A stretch of 33,368 nt of DNA from Raillietiella orientalis. Taxonomy: Eukaryota. Under the pieces are notes generated by a model. It was not told where the DNA came from. It saw nothing but the letters and a program-made list of their open reading frames with translations, and searched no databases. This document shows positions 1 to 11,782 of the stretch, one piece after another; positions within the stretch are counted from its first letter, which is position 1, and each line of letters begins with the position of its first letter. A program made the translations under genes and the position numbers. The stretch spans positions 1,674,001 to 1,707,368 of the forward strand of contig JAYWIR010000044.1 in the NCBI GenBank assembly GCA_036172245.1. Direction: 5' to 3'.

Positions 1-2520
1 TGAGTGGGCCACGCATCGAACCCCTTAACTTTTCCGTACGTGCCGAATGTACAAGTAGCTTCCGCATGCAAGGAGTGGTGTGAGCTTGCGAAAGCAAATT
101 GCACTTCCAGCCTTTGTTCCTTCGCACCTGGTTCCCGTGCTCATTTCTTCGCCCCACGATAGGCTCTTCCCTGTTCGCAGTTGCCTGCTTTTGCCAGTGG
201 TGCGTTCGCTGCGACGGTACAGGTGGTATACTCCTGCCTTGTTGCGCTTGCACACGTTATTCTCAAATCTGCCGTTATTCGACATGCTCCAGCGGGATGT
301 TCACGTGTTAAAGGGAACCCTTTTCGCAACCTTCGGTGTCGGAAAATTCATTTCTCGCCTGCTGCTGCTTGTCTTTCGTCGCAATCTTCTTATGGACGTC
401 TCCTATCTTGTTCAATGCTTTTTCCCAATCAGACTTGAAAGCTGTCATGGTTCGTCACCTCCAGTCAGCTCTCCGTTTTCTCGTATTGCATGTTATGTTG
501 CAAACTCTTTGAGGTTTCTTTCTCACTTCGAGAGCATTCCGTTTACCATGTTGTGGGCGAGTTTTCTCACGAATGCGAATAATTTCTCCGCCTGCGTTCT
601 GCCGAGAACGTCCTCCGATGTGGGAAAGTAAATTATCCGTTGGTTTCCGCGGCAAGACGAGAGAGATGCCAGCACTTGTTGCAAGGACCGCGTAGGAGAA
701 GGAGGGGGGAGGAAATTCCATGTGCTGGAGGAAACCGCGAGTAAATCTGTATAAAACCCAGCGGAGCGTTGTGCTTTTCTCAATCTGTTGCAGCATTCTG
801 CGTCTGTTTTAGCTCATATTTCGAGAGAAAGGATGCTGTCACTTCAATTCAACATCGTAAGCAGTAGTTAGTTTTTCAATGCATGTTTCGTGTAGGATTT
901 CAGTTCTTGTTTCGCATGCAAGACGATTTCTGGACATTGTCTACTGAATCCTTTATTTACGGGTTAACAGAGCGTTGTGGTACGAATCGTTCGCCTGTTC
1001 GCTTGGAGGCTTTCTCAGTGATTTAGCTGCTGCTTGTATTCGCACGTCAATGACTTCGTGGTACTTTGAATTTTTCCCATGATTCGTTTCTTCCGTTGCA
1101 TTGCCGGTTTCTGAATTTCCGCTTCGAGAATTTCCAACAAGTGTATCATCTTGTGGTTGGTAACTTCTTTTCTTGATCTATTTTATTTGTTATGAAGGAT
1201 ATGCTGCTCTTGTTCTTTCCTCTGCTGTTCTGGATACATCTGGTTAAGTTTTGGTTTCATTGGATTATTGTCTGCGGTTCTGCACTCGTTGATCTTGATG
1301 TGGAATGAGATGGAAGACTTGCACTTGAAACTAACGTGTTCTGTGTCTGGAAAGAGTTTTCTATTTTTTCGATGGCTGGTACAGGAGTCATGCGCCTGTC
1401 AGTCGGTAATGCAGGTAGTTCTGTCGTTTGTGGTTTTTTTCTTCGCTCCCTATGGCTGGTGTGCTTGTATTACCAGATAGTGACTTTTGTGAAATTCTTA
1501 CATGTTGTTGGAGACTACTATTCATTTGCTTAATTGTTTGCAAATGTTCACTGCAGTTGTTTCCTTTTTATGTCGCTACTGTACTCATGTTTGGTAATGC
1601 AATGAGCACTCCGGAAGACATTACTTCTGTGGGGTTGAAAGTTTTCCCACACGTCATTGGTCTGCGTGCCCCTGTTGGTGGATGCCAATATACCTTCGAC
1701 AATAGGCATGCCACATGTGAATTGTCTATCAACAGTCGTTCGAATGATCTACGTGAAGGTCAGTGCTCTGCACAACTATATGTAAGTGTGTGTTTTCTTC
1801 GTTCGAAAATCATTGATAATTTTAGGTAAAAGGAAGTAGTCAACCCATGGGGGTTACTTTTTATTTGAACCCATTCAATGGTCAGTGCGACCTCGTTTAC
1901 CCTGGTTGGAAACAGAGGTATGACGTTCCAAATATTTATTTCACTGTAAATTTTGTTGTCTTTGATTAGCATCATGCAAAGCATGTTTTAATTGTGTTGT
2001 TTCGACTTTTGCAATACCTGTGTACTTCAACTGTATCAATTTGAGGATTTCATTGTAATATGTATTCTTCTGATTTGCGAAAATTGACAGAGTTTGAGGT
2101 TCTTCTCAATGGACTAACTTTTTCATCATATATTCGTTTTGAGTATGCTGAAGATTTCAGGAAATCTGTTAGAATGTTCCTTGGGTATTTGATATTCTTT
2201 TTCTTTCGTTCCTGATGCATATGTCATTGACAGCATGCTTTATAGCTAAGGCTTTCTATTTACAATTTCAAACTGGTAGACGGGTCCTTGATGCAAAAAC
2301 TATTCGAAAATTTCGGATACTAGATATTCGATGGTTAAAGAATAAAAGGATAAAATTGTTCCCTTTTTCGCTTAGACTATCCGTCGGTCGAAATGCTGGA
2401 AGATTACCAACCACTTTATCTTGTAGTTGGAGTCGAGGCACCTTACTAAACCTCATCGTCAAGGATTGAGGAGCTCATAGATTCCTTGTGCGTTTGCATC
2501 TGAAAATAATAAAAGAATTT
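1..2520 (-). pseudogene. AT-rich, heavily decayed coding-like remnant, possibly an old LTR-retrotransposon gag/protease region
   Basis: Composition is clearly more AT-rich than the LINE nest. Minus-strand fragments QAEKLFAFVRKL (523..783) and GTYGKVKGFDAW near the window start loosely resemble the Ty3/gypsy capsid and the segment before a retropepsin. Many stops; no diagnostic motif. Confidence 0.25.
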
Positions 2521-2522
2521 CT

Positions 2523-4680
2523 TTATTCCATCTTGAGATTTTCTGGTCCGCTAAGGTTCACATTTTCTTGGTAAACGTGTACGGGCCACACAGGAACAAA
2601 CATCGATGTGCGGAGGCACTGCATGCGGCACTCCGGGAAGAGGTCGCGCCCAATGATGTCGTGATCGTTGCTGACGATCTCAACGTCCTGGCCGAACCCA
2701 CCCGATCCCAGGACGCCGGAGGAAGGAAGGCGTATCAGCGGCTTTCCGACGAGTTTGGATTGCTGTGGCGAACAGGAAGTTACAAGTCGATAGACCACGT
2801 CTATCACAGCACGGAATTAGAGAACCGCATTCAAAGTTTTCGCGACATCCCCTCCGCGTTGTCCGATCTCACGTATGTGCGATTTTCCCTGAGGACGAAA
2901 AATCTTTGGCGGAGGCAAGGCACCAGTGCGGCGCTCATCAACATGCCCACCTGGTTCGGAAATCATCCCTGTCATGAGGAAGTTCTGGAGACGATTCTGA
3001 AGACCACCACGATCCGAAAGGTCGCCAATTGGGACAGCCTGAAGCACAGGATCTATCTCTTTGCAAATATGCAATTCGGAGATAAGAGATTGAGGCAGGA
3101 GGCGTATCAGGAGCTGAACATCCAAGATCGCTCCTTCTGAAAGTACTCTGATCATTACGAGAGTCGGTACGTCTTCCATAGCATAAAAGGGGAAGTCGGT
3201 GAACTAGAGAAAAAGAATCTGGCCACAGATATCTTTCGGATTCAGTACGGCGACCATAGCCGACACACGTCGGAGGACATCGTTGATGCCTTTGAAAGGC
3301 ATTACACGAAAGACTTTCGGCGCGATCATCTGTATCCGGAGATACAGAAGGCCTTCTAGAGTCATCTGAAAAGGAATCTTGGTGAGCTCCAGCGGAAGAG
3401 TCTGGAGGAGGACTTTTCCGAGAAAGAGGAGAAGACTGAGTTTAAGGAATTACTCAAGGATGTAGCGGCAGGGCCTGACAGTGTTCCCATCATTTACTAT
3501 CAACGGTACCTGCACGCCTATTTGCGGTTATTGCACCAGTTGACCCTTTGCATCCGCCAAGAAGGACGATTGATGGAGTCCTTCTACGAGAGTAGGACGA
3601 GATTGCTGCCGAAAGGAGGTGATCTAACGCAGGTCATCCAACGGAGGCCAATCTCAATCTTCAACTCGGATGCCAAGTGGTTGGCAAAGATCGGGGCCAA
3701 CCGCTTAAGCAAAGTTATGTCGAGGCTGATTTCTCCCATCCAGACATGTGCGGTACTCGGACGTTACATGTTGGACAATCTTAAGTGCGCGCAGGCCAAT
3801 GTGGGACCTAGCGAATACATCGGCGAGAACCTGGTGCTGGCGTTCACCGACATGGAGAAAGTCTCCGACACCATCGACCATGGGATGCTGCTGAAGATTC
3901 TGGAAAAGCTGGGACTTCCGGAATACTTCAGCACCTTTGCGGAAATAATCCTAAGGAATCGAGGTGTCCGGATAAAGATCAACGGTTTGGAAACAGTAGC
4001 TATTCGGATGGAACGAGGAGTCCGGCAAAGCGACTCGCTAAGTCCGATGCTGTTTGCTATCTATATGAAGGCACTCTCTTCATTCAATGAGAAGACTGGG
4101 AGATTACAAGGGATGAAAATTGACAACCAGAAGCTCAACCACCTCGCCTAGGCGGACGATCTCCTCTTCTTTATAAGAGGAAAGAGGGATCAACAAACGT
4201 TCCTGGATATGGTGAGGCTTATGAAAGATGGACTGGGACTGAAGATCAAAGCCCAGAAAAGCCAGCTGTTTCCCGTCGGAATCCTGAACCTCTTGCTCTC
4301 ACGGTGAGAGGATTCCGAACGGTGGACACGGCCAAGTACCTGGAAGTCTACATTGGCGACAACTCTGCGTCGAAGCTACTGTAGAAGGAAATCCTGTGGA
4401 AAACGACAGAGGAAGCAGCGACTGGGTTTTGAAATGAAGAGACAGGCCAACCTATGGAATAGAGTACTCCTTTCAAAGGTACTCTTCGGAACAACCGTCG
4501 TCAGGTTGAACAAAGAAAACACCAGAAAAGTGGAAAAGCTGCAGAGAAAGACATTGTGGGGACATTATCGCCCAAGAGTCCGGCTGAAAAAACTGTGTCG
4601 CACCAGGGAAAAAGGCGGCTCAGGGATAAAGTCGCATGCATATTCTATGGAAATCATGGATACGCGAAATATCCTGGATC
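2523..4680 (+). mobile_element. Family A copy A1: truncated L1-like LINE ORF2 (APE + RT), pseudogenised
   Basis: APE motifs VNVYGP, VADDLNV, IDHVY and SD in 2568..3140. RT motifs LLPKGGD, RPISIFNSDAK and GVRQSDSLSPMLF in 3522..4151, then LA*ADDLLFF at ~4143-4172 and KYL. Collinear with 32152-33368; similarity to it stops at ~4679. Confidence 0.9.
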
Positions 4681-5140
4681 TCAGCCTGCCCCGGAGTCCT
4701 TTCAATGCTTTGCGGCAAAGCTGGCCCCACTGCAGCTGTAGGTGACCAGGCTGATCTGAGACGGAGGCGACTTCCCCGCCTCGTTTCGGTTAGAAAGAGT
4801 GAGGCTCCTCCCGGAGGGAGTAGACCTGAGACCACTCAGCAATTGGCGTCCGATCACAATTCTAAACACGGACACCAAGCTGATCGCTGGGCTGTGGGCT
4901 TCGCGTTTAGAACAGGTTGCAGACTGCATAATTAGCCCGGAGCAGACATACCCTGTTACCGGGAAGTATGGATGCCATCCTGTTCTTCGCAAGCATATGG
5001 TTCCATGTGCAGACCAGTCCTAACGAAACAGAGACCAGGATTGGCAATCCCACTTTTAGGCCGCCAGCCGGGCTGAAAAGAGACACCGGGGCTGGGAAGG
5101 GGGCCATAGGGATCACAGTCGATCTCTACAAGGAGTTCGA
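4681..5140 (+). pseudogene. N-terminal half of a LINE RT (C/D-like), ending exactly at the DLxKxFD motif
   Basis: VRLLPEGVDLRPLSNWRPITILNTDTKL...ISPEQTY (4799..5023), then GAIGITVDLYKEFD encoded by gtcgatctctacaaggagttcga (5118-5140). The family B 3' end follows immediately. Confidence 0.85.
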
Positions 5141-6860
5141 TTTTCACTCGGATTTCGCCGGAACGTCTATTAAAACAACAAACTTTTACAAAGACGTCCA
5201 GTGGCTGGATCAGTGCTTCAGCCACACACGAAGAAACACAGAGCCTGCCGGGTCAGCGTTTCGAACATAGGTACGGCCCACAACGGCAGAAGGGGGAAGG
5301 GACAAAAACCAAAAACAAAACAAAAAGAAAAGAAAAAGTGGGAGGGTAAGCGAAGGGATCACAGTTGCTGCAGGGGCCGTTGCATCCTTTGCAGGATGCC
5401 AACAAGCACTTTCTGTATTGCTGGATCCAGGTGGAACCATCTTGATGCTCTCCACATGAATTAAGAGGCTGGCTGGATGGCACCCTCATCGCGTGGAACT
5501 CTCGTAGCCTTATTTCAGGCGGCGACGATCCCTCGTAGGCAGCACAGGGCTGCTAACGAGGCCGCAGGCCGAAGTGCGTCGGCAATGAAGGGAGCTTTTA
5601 GAGTGGCCTTGGGGTTGCCGCAAGGGATGCCGATGGACGGGGCAAAGCGGAACCAAAGGAACCGAAATTCAATACAATCCACCAGCAGGTGGGGGAGGGA
5701 CTCCCGTTCCCCACACCTGACGCAATTGGCGTCCACCGCACTCAGGTCCAGTGATGTCGGCGGGCGTTGCAGGGAAGTATCCAGTGCTGCAAAAGCAGAG
5801 CCAACTCTTGCCATTTTAAAAAAAGGGTGGAAGTGTTCATGAGCACCGGGAGCCGCTTCAGACGTTCAAGAGAAACGTCGAGCAGACCGCCCTAGCGCAG
5901 AAGTCCATTAGGAGGCGTACTCGGGGTGGCAGCGTTAGTCAGCAGAATTGTCTTCCACTCTCCTATCTTCTGCTCCCTTCCGGAGATTTTTTATTCTGAC
6001 CTCCCTATTCGCCGCAATATCGGTGTACTAATCTTCCATTAGTAAGTCCAGCGCAGCGGCGAAAGGGGTTCTTGCTGACAACGCTCGCTTCTTTGGATCC
6101 TCCAGGATCTCACGGAGCGTGCAACTTCTATAACCTCCAAATAGGAACCTTCGTTCCTGTTGGGAGCGTTGCATGCCGAACTGTCCCCACGTACGAACGG
6201 TTTCCTGCAACCAGGCACTACCGTTCGCTGGGAGACAGGTGATCCGTCTTTGGTTTTCTCGTGTCAGTAAAGCCACCCTCCGTAGCTGCAGTCCACATCT
6301 GTTGACGCGGCAGCGGAGTGCAAGAAAGGTCGTGAGTCCCGTCTTGACGGTGGCATGCTGAAGTAGGTGACGTGCAGAGACGCAGCACCAGGTGCACCAC
6401 AACTCCGGCACCACGGCCATCAAACGGAACTGGAGCTAAATCTCCAGCCGCTCCAACGTCAGGAAACCGAGACCGCCGTCCCAAAGCGGAACTTACAAGT
6501 CCTTTAAGCGGAAACGCACCCTCCCGCTGCCCCAAAGAACAATAAGAAGGAGGACCTTCGTCCGCTTTTTTATCCTCTCTCTGGTGGGCAAACAAAATGC
6601 TCGGGGCGGAGAAGAGGAGCCGCGAACGTATTCCAAATCACGACCCGTTCAGGCAGCAGATACCCGCCGACTCGGAACGGGCCGATCGCCGTCTCTACTT
6701 TTTGGAGGGAACAGGTGCTCGTCAAGAAACACGTGGTCGATGCTGTCTTCTATCTCCGGTGCACTGGCCAACAAATTACAGGTGTGCACCGCCATGCACA
6801 CCTCGTTGACGAGGTCACGCTCGTCATTCTGCCCATCTGTATTCAGGCGAACGTTGAAAT
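5141..6860 (-). mobile_element. Family B copy B1: 3' UTR, ORF2 C-terminus and an APE fragment, with an internal deletion of ~1.6 kb
   Basis: Collinear with B4 25690-27256, then jumps at ~6706 to the B4 28862-29017 sequence (IDHVFLDEHL, FNVRL). Zinc finger CVRCGERESLPHLLVDC in 5515..5814. Confidence 0.9.
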
Positions 6861-9825
6861 TTTTTACCCGGTCACGCTGGGACGTTTATTGATATAAACG
6901 AGCTGGAAACAGTTGTTTCCAGCCCACAACTATTCAAACATACAGCGAAGATTCAACACTGGCACGCAGAGCAGGAAAACGGAAGAACATGGACTACTGA
7001 GGGGAGTCCAAAAAAAAAATGTAAATGGGAGGAGTGAGCCAGGGAGCTTTAATGACGCTCCGTAGACTCAAAGAAACTGAAAAGTTTTAGCACCAAAAGC
7101 ACTGCGGAGCGTATAAAGAGAAGGACGCAAGAACAAAAAAAAAAATCAATTAAAAAGAAAATGAAGGCGGATCACTGGCTCCGTCGTTCTAAGCCGTTGC
7201 TTATCCGGCGATGGATACCGGTTAGCTCCTCCGTTGTGTCTTCCTATAAGTGTCGTCACCCAGCTGCCGATCTGATGAAGTCAGCTGCCTTCCTGGTAAC
7301 ACAACATTGCTGTCCAGTGTCCTCCAGCACGTCTCGGACCGCGACGATGGCGTGGATGTAGCCAACAGTGGAAATCGTAACAGCCCTCGAAAGTGCTTGT
7401 GGCTGGAAGAACCTTCGCAGCACTTCAAAGGTGGTGTCCTCCGGTGGCAGGATAGCTGCTGCTAACAATCTTCAGAGTTCCTGGAGGGCAACACAGTCCA
7501 TAACAAGGTGCGGGAACGACTCCGTCGCCCCGCACCGAGCACAGTAGGGAGAAGCCACCCCACCTGAAACTCGGTAACGCCACTCGTTTTTGCGCAAGCT
7601 TCAGTGCAAGAAGAGCAAGACGTCTTGCTTCCAAGCAAGGGGAAACACCGAACCTTCCAAACACCAAGGAGGGATTGCAAGTTCCTCGGGGGCAACACAT
7701 ACAGCTTCCCCTCACCGAAGTAATCCCTTTGGTGTTGCACGAGGAGTGTCGGCATCCGCAAGCTCGCTCATGGGCCATTCGCCAACTGGTTTTGTTCCTT
7801 CTTGAATGGTGCAGGAGAACTCCCACTTTGCCAGCTGGCTACTCTCATCTCGATGCACGAATGCAGACAGTTCTTCGGCGAGGGGCGTGGCGGCCAGGGA
7901 GGAAAAGTTCATTCCGTTGTGCATGACATGTTGGAGGTACCAAGGTTGAAATCGACGCAGGGGGCGGAATTCTTCACGGCTCATTCCTAAGGATACAGCC
8001 CAAGAATCAATGCATTCCTGCCTCCAGCCATTGTAGTTCATAGGGCAGCAGAAAATCCACGCATTGGCTTCAAATAAAAAGGCGATTTGCCTCAGAGGAT
8101 AGCCAAATCCCTGTTTCCTGTGACACATGCCAGGCACCAAGTCCTTCACTGCCTGCACACCTTCTAAGGAGGATGCGTGCAAGCGCACACAAGGAGGAAG
8201 TCCATAGCTCCGCACACAGTGCGACCATCCGCAACTGAATTTGCAGTCCGATTCTCTCCATCGTAAGGATGCCAAAACCAGCATCCTAGAGTGGAGCCGC
8301 CAGATCTTTCTGACGGATCCTTGATCGCGCCGGACCCCAGAGTACGTTCTTTAGCAGGCGTTTTGCCCGCTCTTTGGCCGCATAGCGGGGGGCCAAGACA
8401 AAAAAGGGACGGTTAAATGAGGAGGGCAACGGAGGTGTTTCAAATAGTTGCCCGTTCCCGCAAGCTGAAATTGCCGTTAGTGAACGGACTGGCTGCCAAA
8501 TCCGCCTTATGAAGAAGGCAGTCCGACCACGCCTCGGAAGAACCGAGGTCGCCGAGCGTAACTCCAAGGTACTTGAAATACCCTGCCGTGGGGATCCCCA
8601 GGCGAATCCAGTCGGACTGTCTCTATCACGACGCTCCTACAGGTACGACCACGCTCTTCCGGTTCACACTCACGTCCGCTACCCGAAGAACCAGTTCGAA
8701 GCAATTTTCGACACTGGTCGCCGGGCTGGACATGGGGAGCAGAAGAAGCAGGTAGTCTGCATAGGGACCCACGGCAGGCGTACCCGGGGAAGAGCTAGGA
8801 ACGTACTCCAGCGTCAGCCTGTACGCCCTCAGCACCAGCTCGAAGAAGATGCTGAAGAGCAGCTTGCTTAAGCTGTCACCCTGTCTGATGCCCCTGCGCC
8901 CAGGAATACCGTACACCTGGCAGCCGCTAAAAAAAATGCAGGTTAGCGCATGGCGCCAGCAAGCGCGTAAGTACTTTAGGAGATGCGCTGGGAGACCCAG
9001 GCGTTCCAGGCGCTCTAATAAGAGCCCTTAGTTCACGCAATCGAACGCCTTGTGCAGGCCGACTGCGACCGCGAAGGCACCAGGAGTACCCTCCTGCTGC
9101 TTCTGTCGATACCGTGTGCCTTTGGCAGCGGCCTTGGACACGGATCGGCTTTGCTGCGCTACACGCTGCTGCAGCTGCATCCAGGTGCGGGCAAACAGGA
9201 GGTTTGCGTCCATGGACCGCCCGCGAACAGCGTAAGTCTGCTCCGGGCTTACCAAGGACTGCGCGTTTCTCCTTAGCCGCAAAACCCACAGCTTAGAGAA
9301 AAACTTGACGTCCAAATTCACCAGAATGATCGGACGCCAGTTGTTGAGATGGCGTGCGTCTCCACCTTTCGGCAGGAGACGCACGCTCGCTGAACGGAAA
9401 AAATTGAGAACATCCCCCGAGAACCTTATCAGAGAGGAGATGCTGAGCACCAGAGGGACGAGTTCTGCCGAGAAGCTCTGATAAAACAACGCCAGTAGCC
9501 CGTCCTTACCTGGTGCTTTTCGTCTCTTGAATCCAGCGATAGCGGAGGAAATTTCCTCTGCCGCGAAGGACTCGTCGAGACATGCGCGCTCCTCTTGGAT
9601 AACAACGGGAGCAGCCTGGGAAAGAAGTATCTCCGAAAAGATATCTGTAGGCGCTTCCGCGTATAGCGGAAAGTAATGACCCCTCACGATGTGGCGAATA
9701 CCGTCTGGATCCACAGCCAACGACCGACGTGTATTCGAAGCGCTCCGTCAAGAGAAGGGTTCCTTTGTATTCTGTCGTGTGCTTTCGCGGCTGTTGACGG
9801 GCAGCGATGTCTGGAAACGCGGCCG
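6861..9825 (-). mobile_element. Family E copy: LINE ORF2 (RT to C-terminal zinc finger) plus 3' UTR; 5' part absent
   Basis: KAPGKDG, LLPKGGD, NWRPI and LHKAFD (9028..9720); GIRQGDSLSKLLF and PYADYLL (8626..8916); CARCGATESFPHLVMDC at ~7490-7545; 3' end aataaacgtcccagcgtgaccgggtaaaaa at 6861-6890. The 5' boundary is approximate. Confidence 0.88.
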
Positions 9826-10003
9826 TTAGAGGCAAGGGAGGCAGAAAACTCCGCCTTCCAAGTCTGCTGAGGTGGGGTCTCGCCTTACCACCCAATCGAA
9901 CCCCGCCGCCCCGGCGAGGGAATGGAGCGCGGTGGCTGCGGCCAAAATGCCGGACGTCGCCGCGGAAATTGCGGCCTACATACAGGAGGGCTATAAATCC
10001 GCC

Positions 10004-10017
10004 CTCCTGTACAAGGT
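10004..10017 (+). repeat. Left copy of the 14-bp target-site duplication ctcctgtacaaggt flanking D1
   Basis: Identical 14-mer at 11237-11250. Removing D1 and one copy restores ORF1 LLYKVGNL. Confidence 0.93.
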
Positions 10018-11236
10018 TTTTCACCCGGGTAAGCCGGGGCTTTTATTACTAAAATTCTGACATTACAAAATTTTGTAACAAAGTCTATGTTGTTAAAATT
10101 TTTCTGTTTACGACGTCAGAAGTTCAGATCAGAAGTTCAGTAGCACTTGTCCTTACCGACCCGGAGGTCGATAAGGTCCTTCACTGGCGCCGGGACGGGA
10201 AAAATAAAACAAAACAAAAACAAAAAAAGAAAAACGTCTGGAGGGCAAAGTTTTCTAGGAAGGGGGAGGGAGGGAGGGGATCACGGTGCGCCGTGAGCAG
10301 GCCTTTGCATCCGGTTTCGGATGCGAACAAGTGCTGGCAAATGTTTTTGAAGTCGGCGCCAACGGCACGCTTTCTCCAAGGAGATCGCTGCCCAGTGGAT
10401 GGCATTCCGGCTGGTCCTTCCTCTCCTAGACGCGGTCCACTTCTCCAGGATACCGCGTATGCAGCAGAGCACTGCTACGCTCCCGGAGGCTGGCAAGCCG
10501 TCTCGCGTCAGAAGGCCTCTAAATAGATTTTTAGGGTCACCCTCCGGAATGTTGAGGATCGACGAGAGTCTGTCCCGCATTTCGTGAAGGGCAACACACT
10601 CCAGAATAAAGTGGAAGAAGGTCTCCCTTTCCCCGCACTCTGCACAACTAGCATCCACATTCCCCGATGTCCAGCGAGACAGGCGTGCTCTGCTTAAAAG
10701 TCCCCAGTGGAGCAGAAGCAACGCCGTCTCCTTCCACTGCAGGGGAAGGGTGCCGTTGTCCCATGACGCTGGGGGCCACTTCACCTCCTTCGGAGGTATA
10801 CCGAGCAGCGCGCCCCAGCGTAAAAGTCCGTTCGGCGGGACACTCGGGGTACTAGCGTCCGCTAGTTCCCTCGGCGTCCACGCCTTCAGTGATTTTTTCC
10901 TTCCTCCGATGAGGCAGGACACTTCCCACGATGCCTGTTGGTGGCTGTCCCGAACTTCCCTGAGGGAGGGCAGCACTGGGGCAAGGGGGGTGAAGGAAGC
11001 CCACAGAAGTTTCCGTGGGTTGGAAACGATCTCCTGGAGTGGCTGACCAGCGTGGCTCCCTCTGCGGAGGCAGAAGTCCTCATCGCTGGTGCCATTGATC
11101 TTCGCCCATGCGGATACGGACTCCTGAAGCCAGGTAGAACAGTCCGCAGGGATGCAGGAGATCCAAGGGTTGTCTCTCATCAGAGCAACCAAATCCCGCA
11201 GCTGATAACCACAATGGTTCAGGCTGCGTTCGTTGG
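10018..11236 (-). mobile_element. Family D copy D1: 5'-truncated LINE (ORF2 C-terminus + 3' UTR) with TSD
   Basis: Open 303-aa frame 10281..11192 with CAECGERETFFHFILEC. 3' end aataaaagccccggcttacccgggtgaaaa. Near-identical inverted copy at ~17643-18867. Confidence 0.93.
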
Positions 11237-11250
11237 CTCCTGTACAAGGT
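11237..11250 (+). repeat. Right copy of the 14-bp TSD ctcctgtacaaggt
   Basis: Identical to 10004-10017. The first 2 nt (ct) are also shared with the element sequence. Confidence 0.93.
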
Positions 11251-11782
11251 AGGCAATTTAGTTTCGCCTTTCCGCGCGCGAAAATTTGGGATTGCCATCC
11301 TTAGGATAAGCATTAAGGAAGAGGGGATTGCGTGCCTCTCCGTGCGCAGCGGCAGGCAGTTTGCCGAGTTAATCTGCAAAGATGCAGCTCTGACTCACAA
11401 ACTGCTCTGCACGCCTGTGCAGATGGAGGGTCGTAACATCGTTTTCTATACGGTGAAACGTTCAATTGTGATCCACCTAACGGAAACAACGGTGCGAATG
11501 GACGATACGTCCATTCGCGCCGGAATTGGAAAATATGCAGCGATTTATGCCAAGTGGCGGAAGCCGAACACTTTCGGTATTAGGACTGCCTTTAGCGGGC
11601 GCGTCACCGCACGCGTGACCCGTCGCGAGGGGTGCGAACTTCCCCACAAACTCCAGATAGGCACCGAGTTTGTAGAAGTATGGTATGTGGGGAAGCCGAA
11701 GTTTTGCCTCATATGTAAGACGTTCGGGCATCTCAAAAAGAGATGCCCGGACGCATTATGCCCCACGTGCGGCGCTAAGGGG

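Larger units (their letters stand above)
9841..11782 (+). pseudogene. LINE ORF1 (gag-like, CCHC knuckle), split by insertion D1
   Basis: 9872..10017 reads WSAVAAA..AAYIQEGYKSALLYKV and resumes after 11250 with GNL...AELICKDAALTHKLL...WYVGKPKFCLICKTFGHLKKRCPDALCPTCG. Homologous to ORF1 at 18874-19533. Confidence 0.88.

Noticed and set aside
2495..2520. Splice-acceptor-like ttttattattttcag followed by ATG on the minus strand
   Set aside because: Common in AT-rich DNA; no open exon or donor site supports it.
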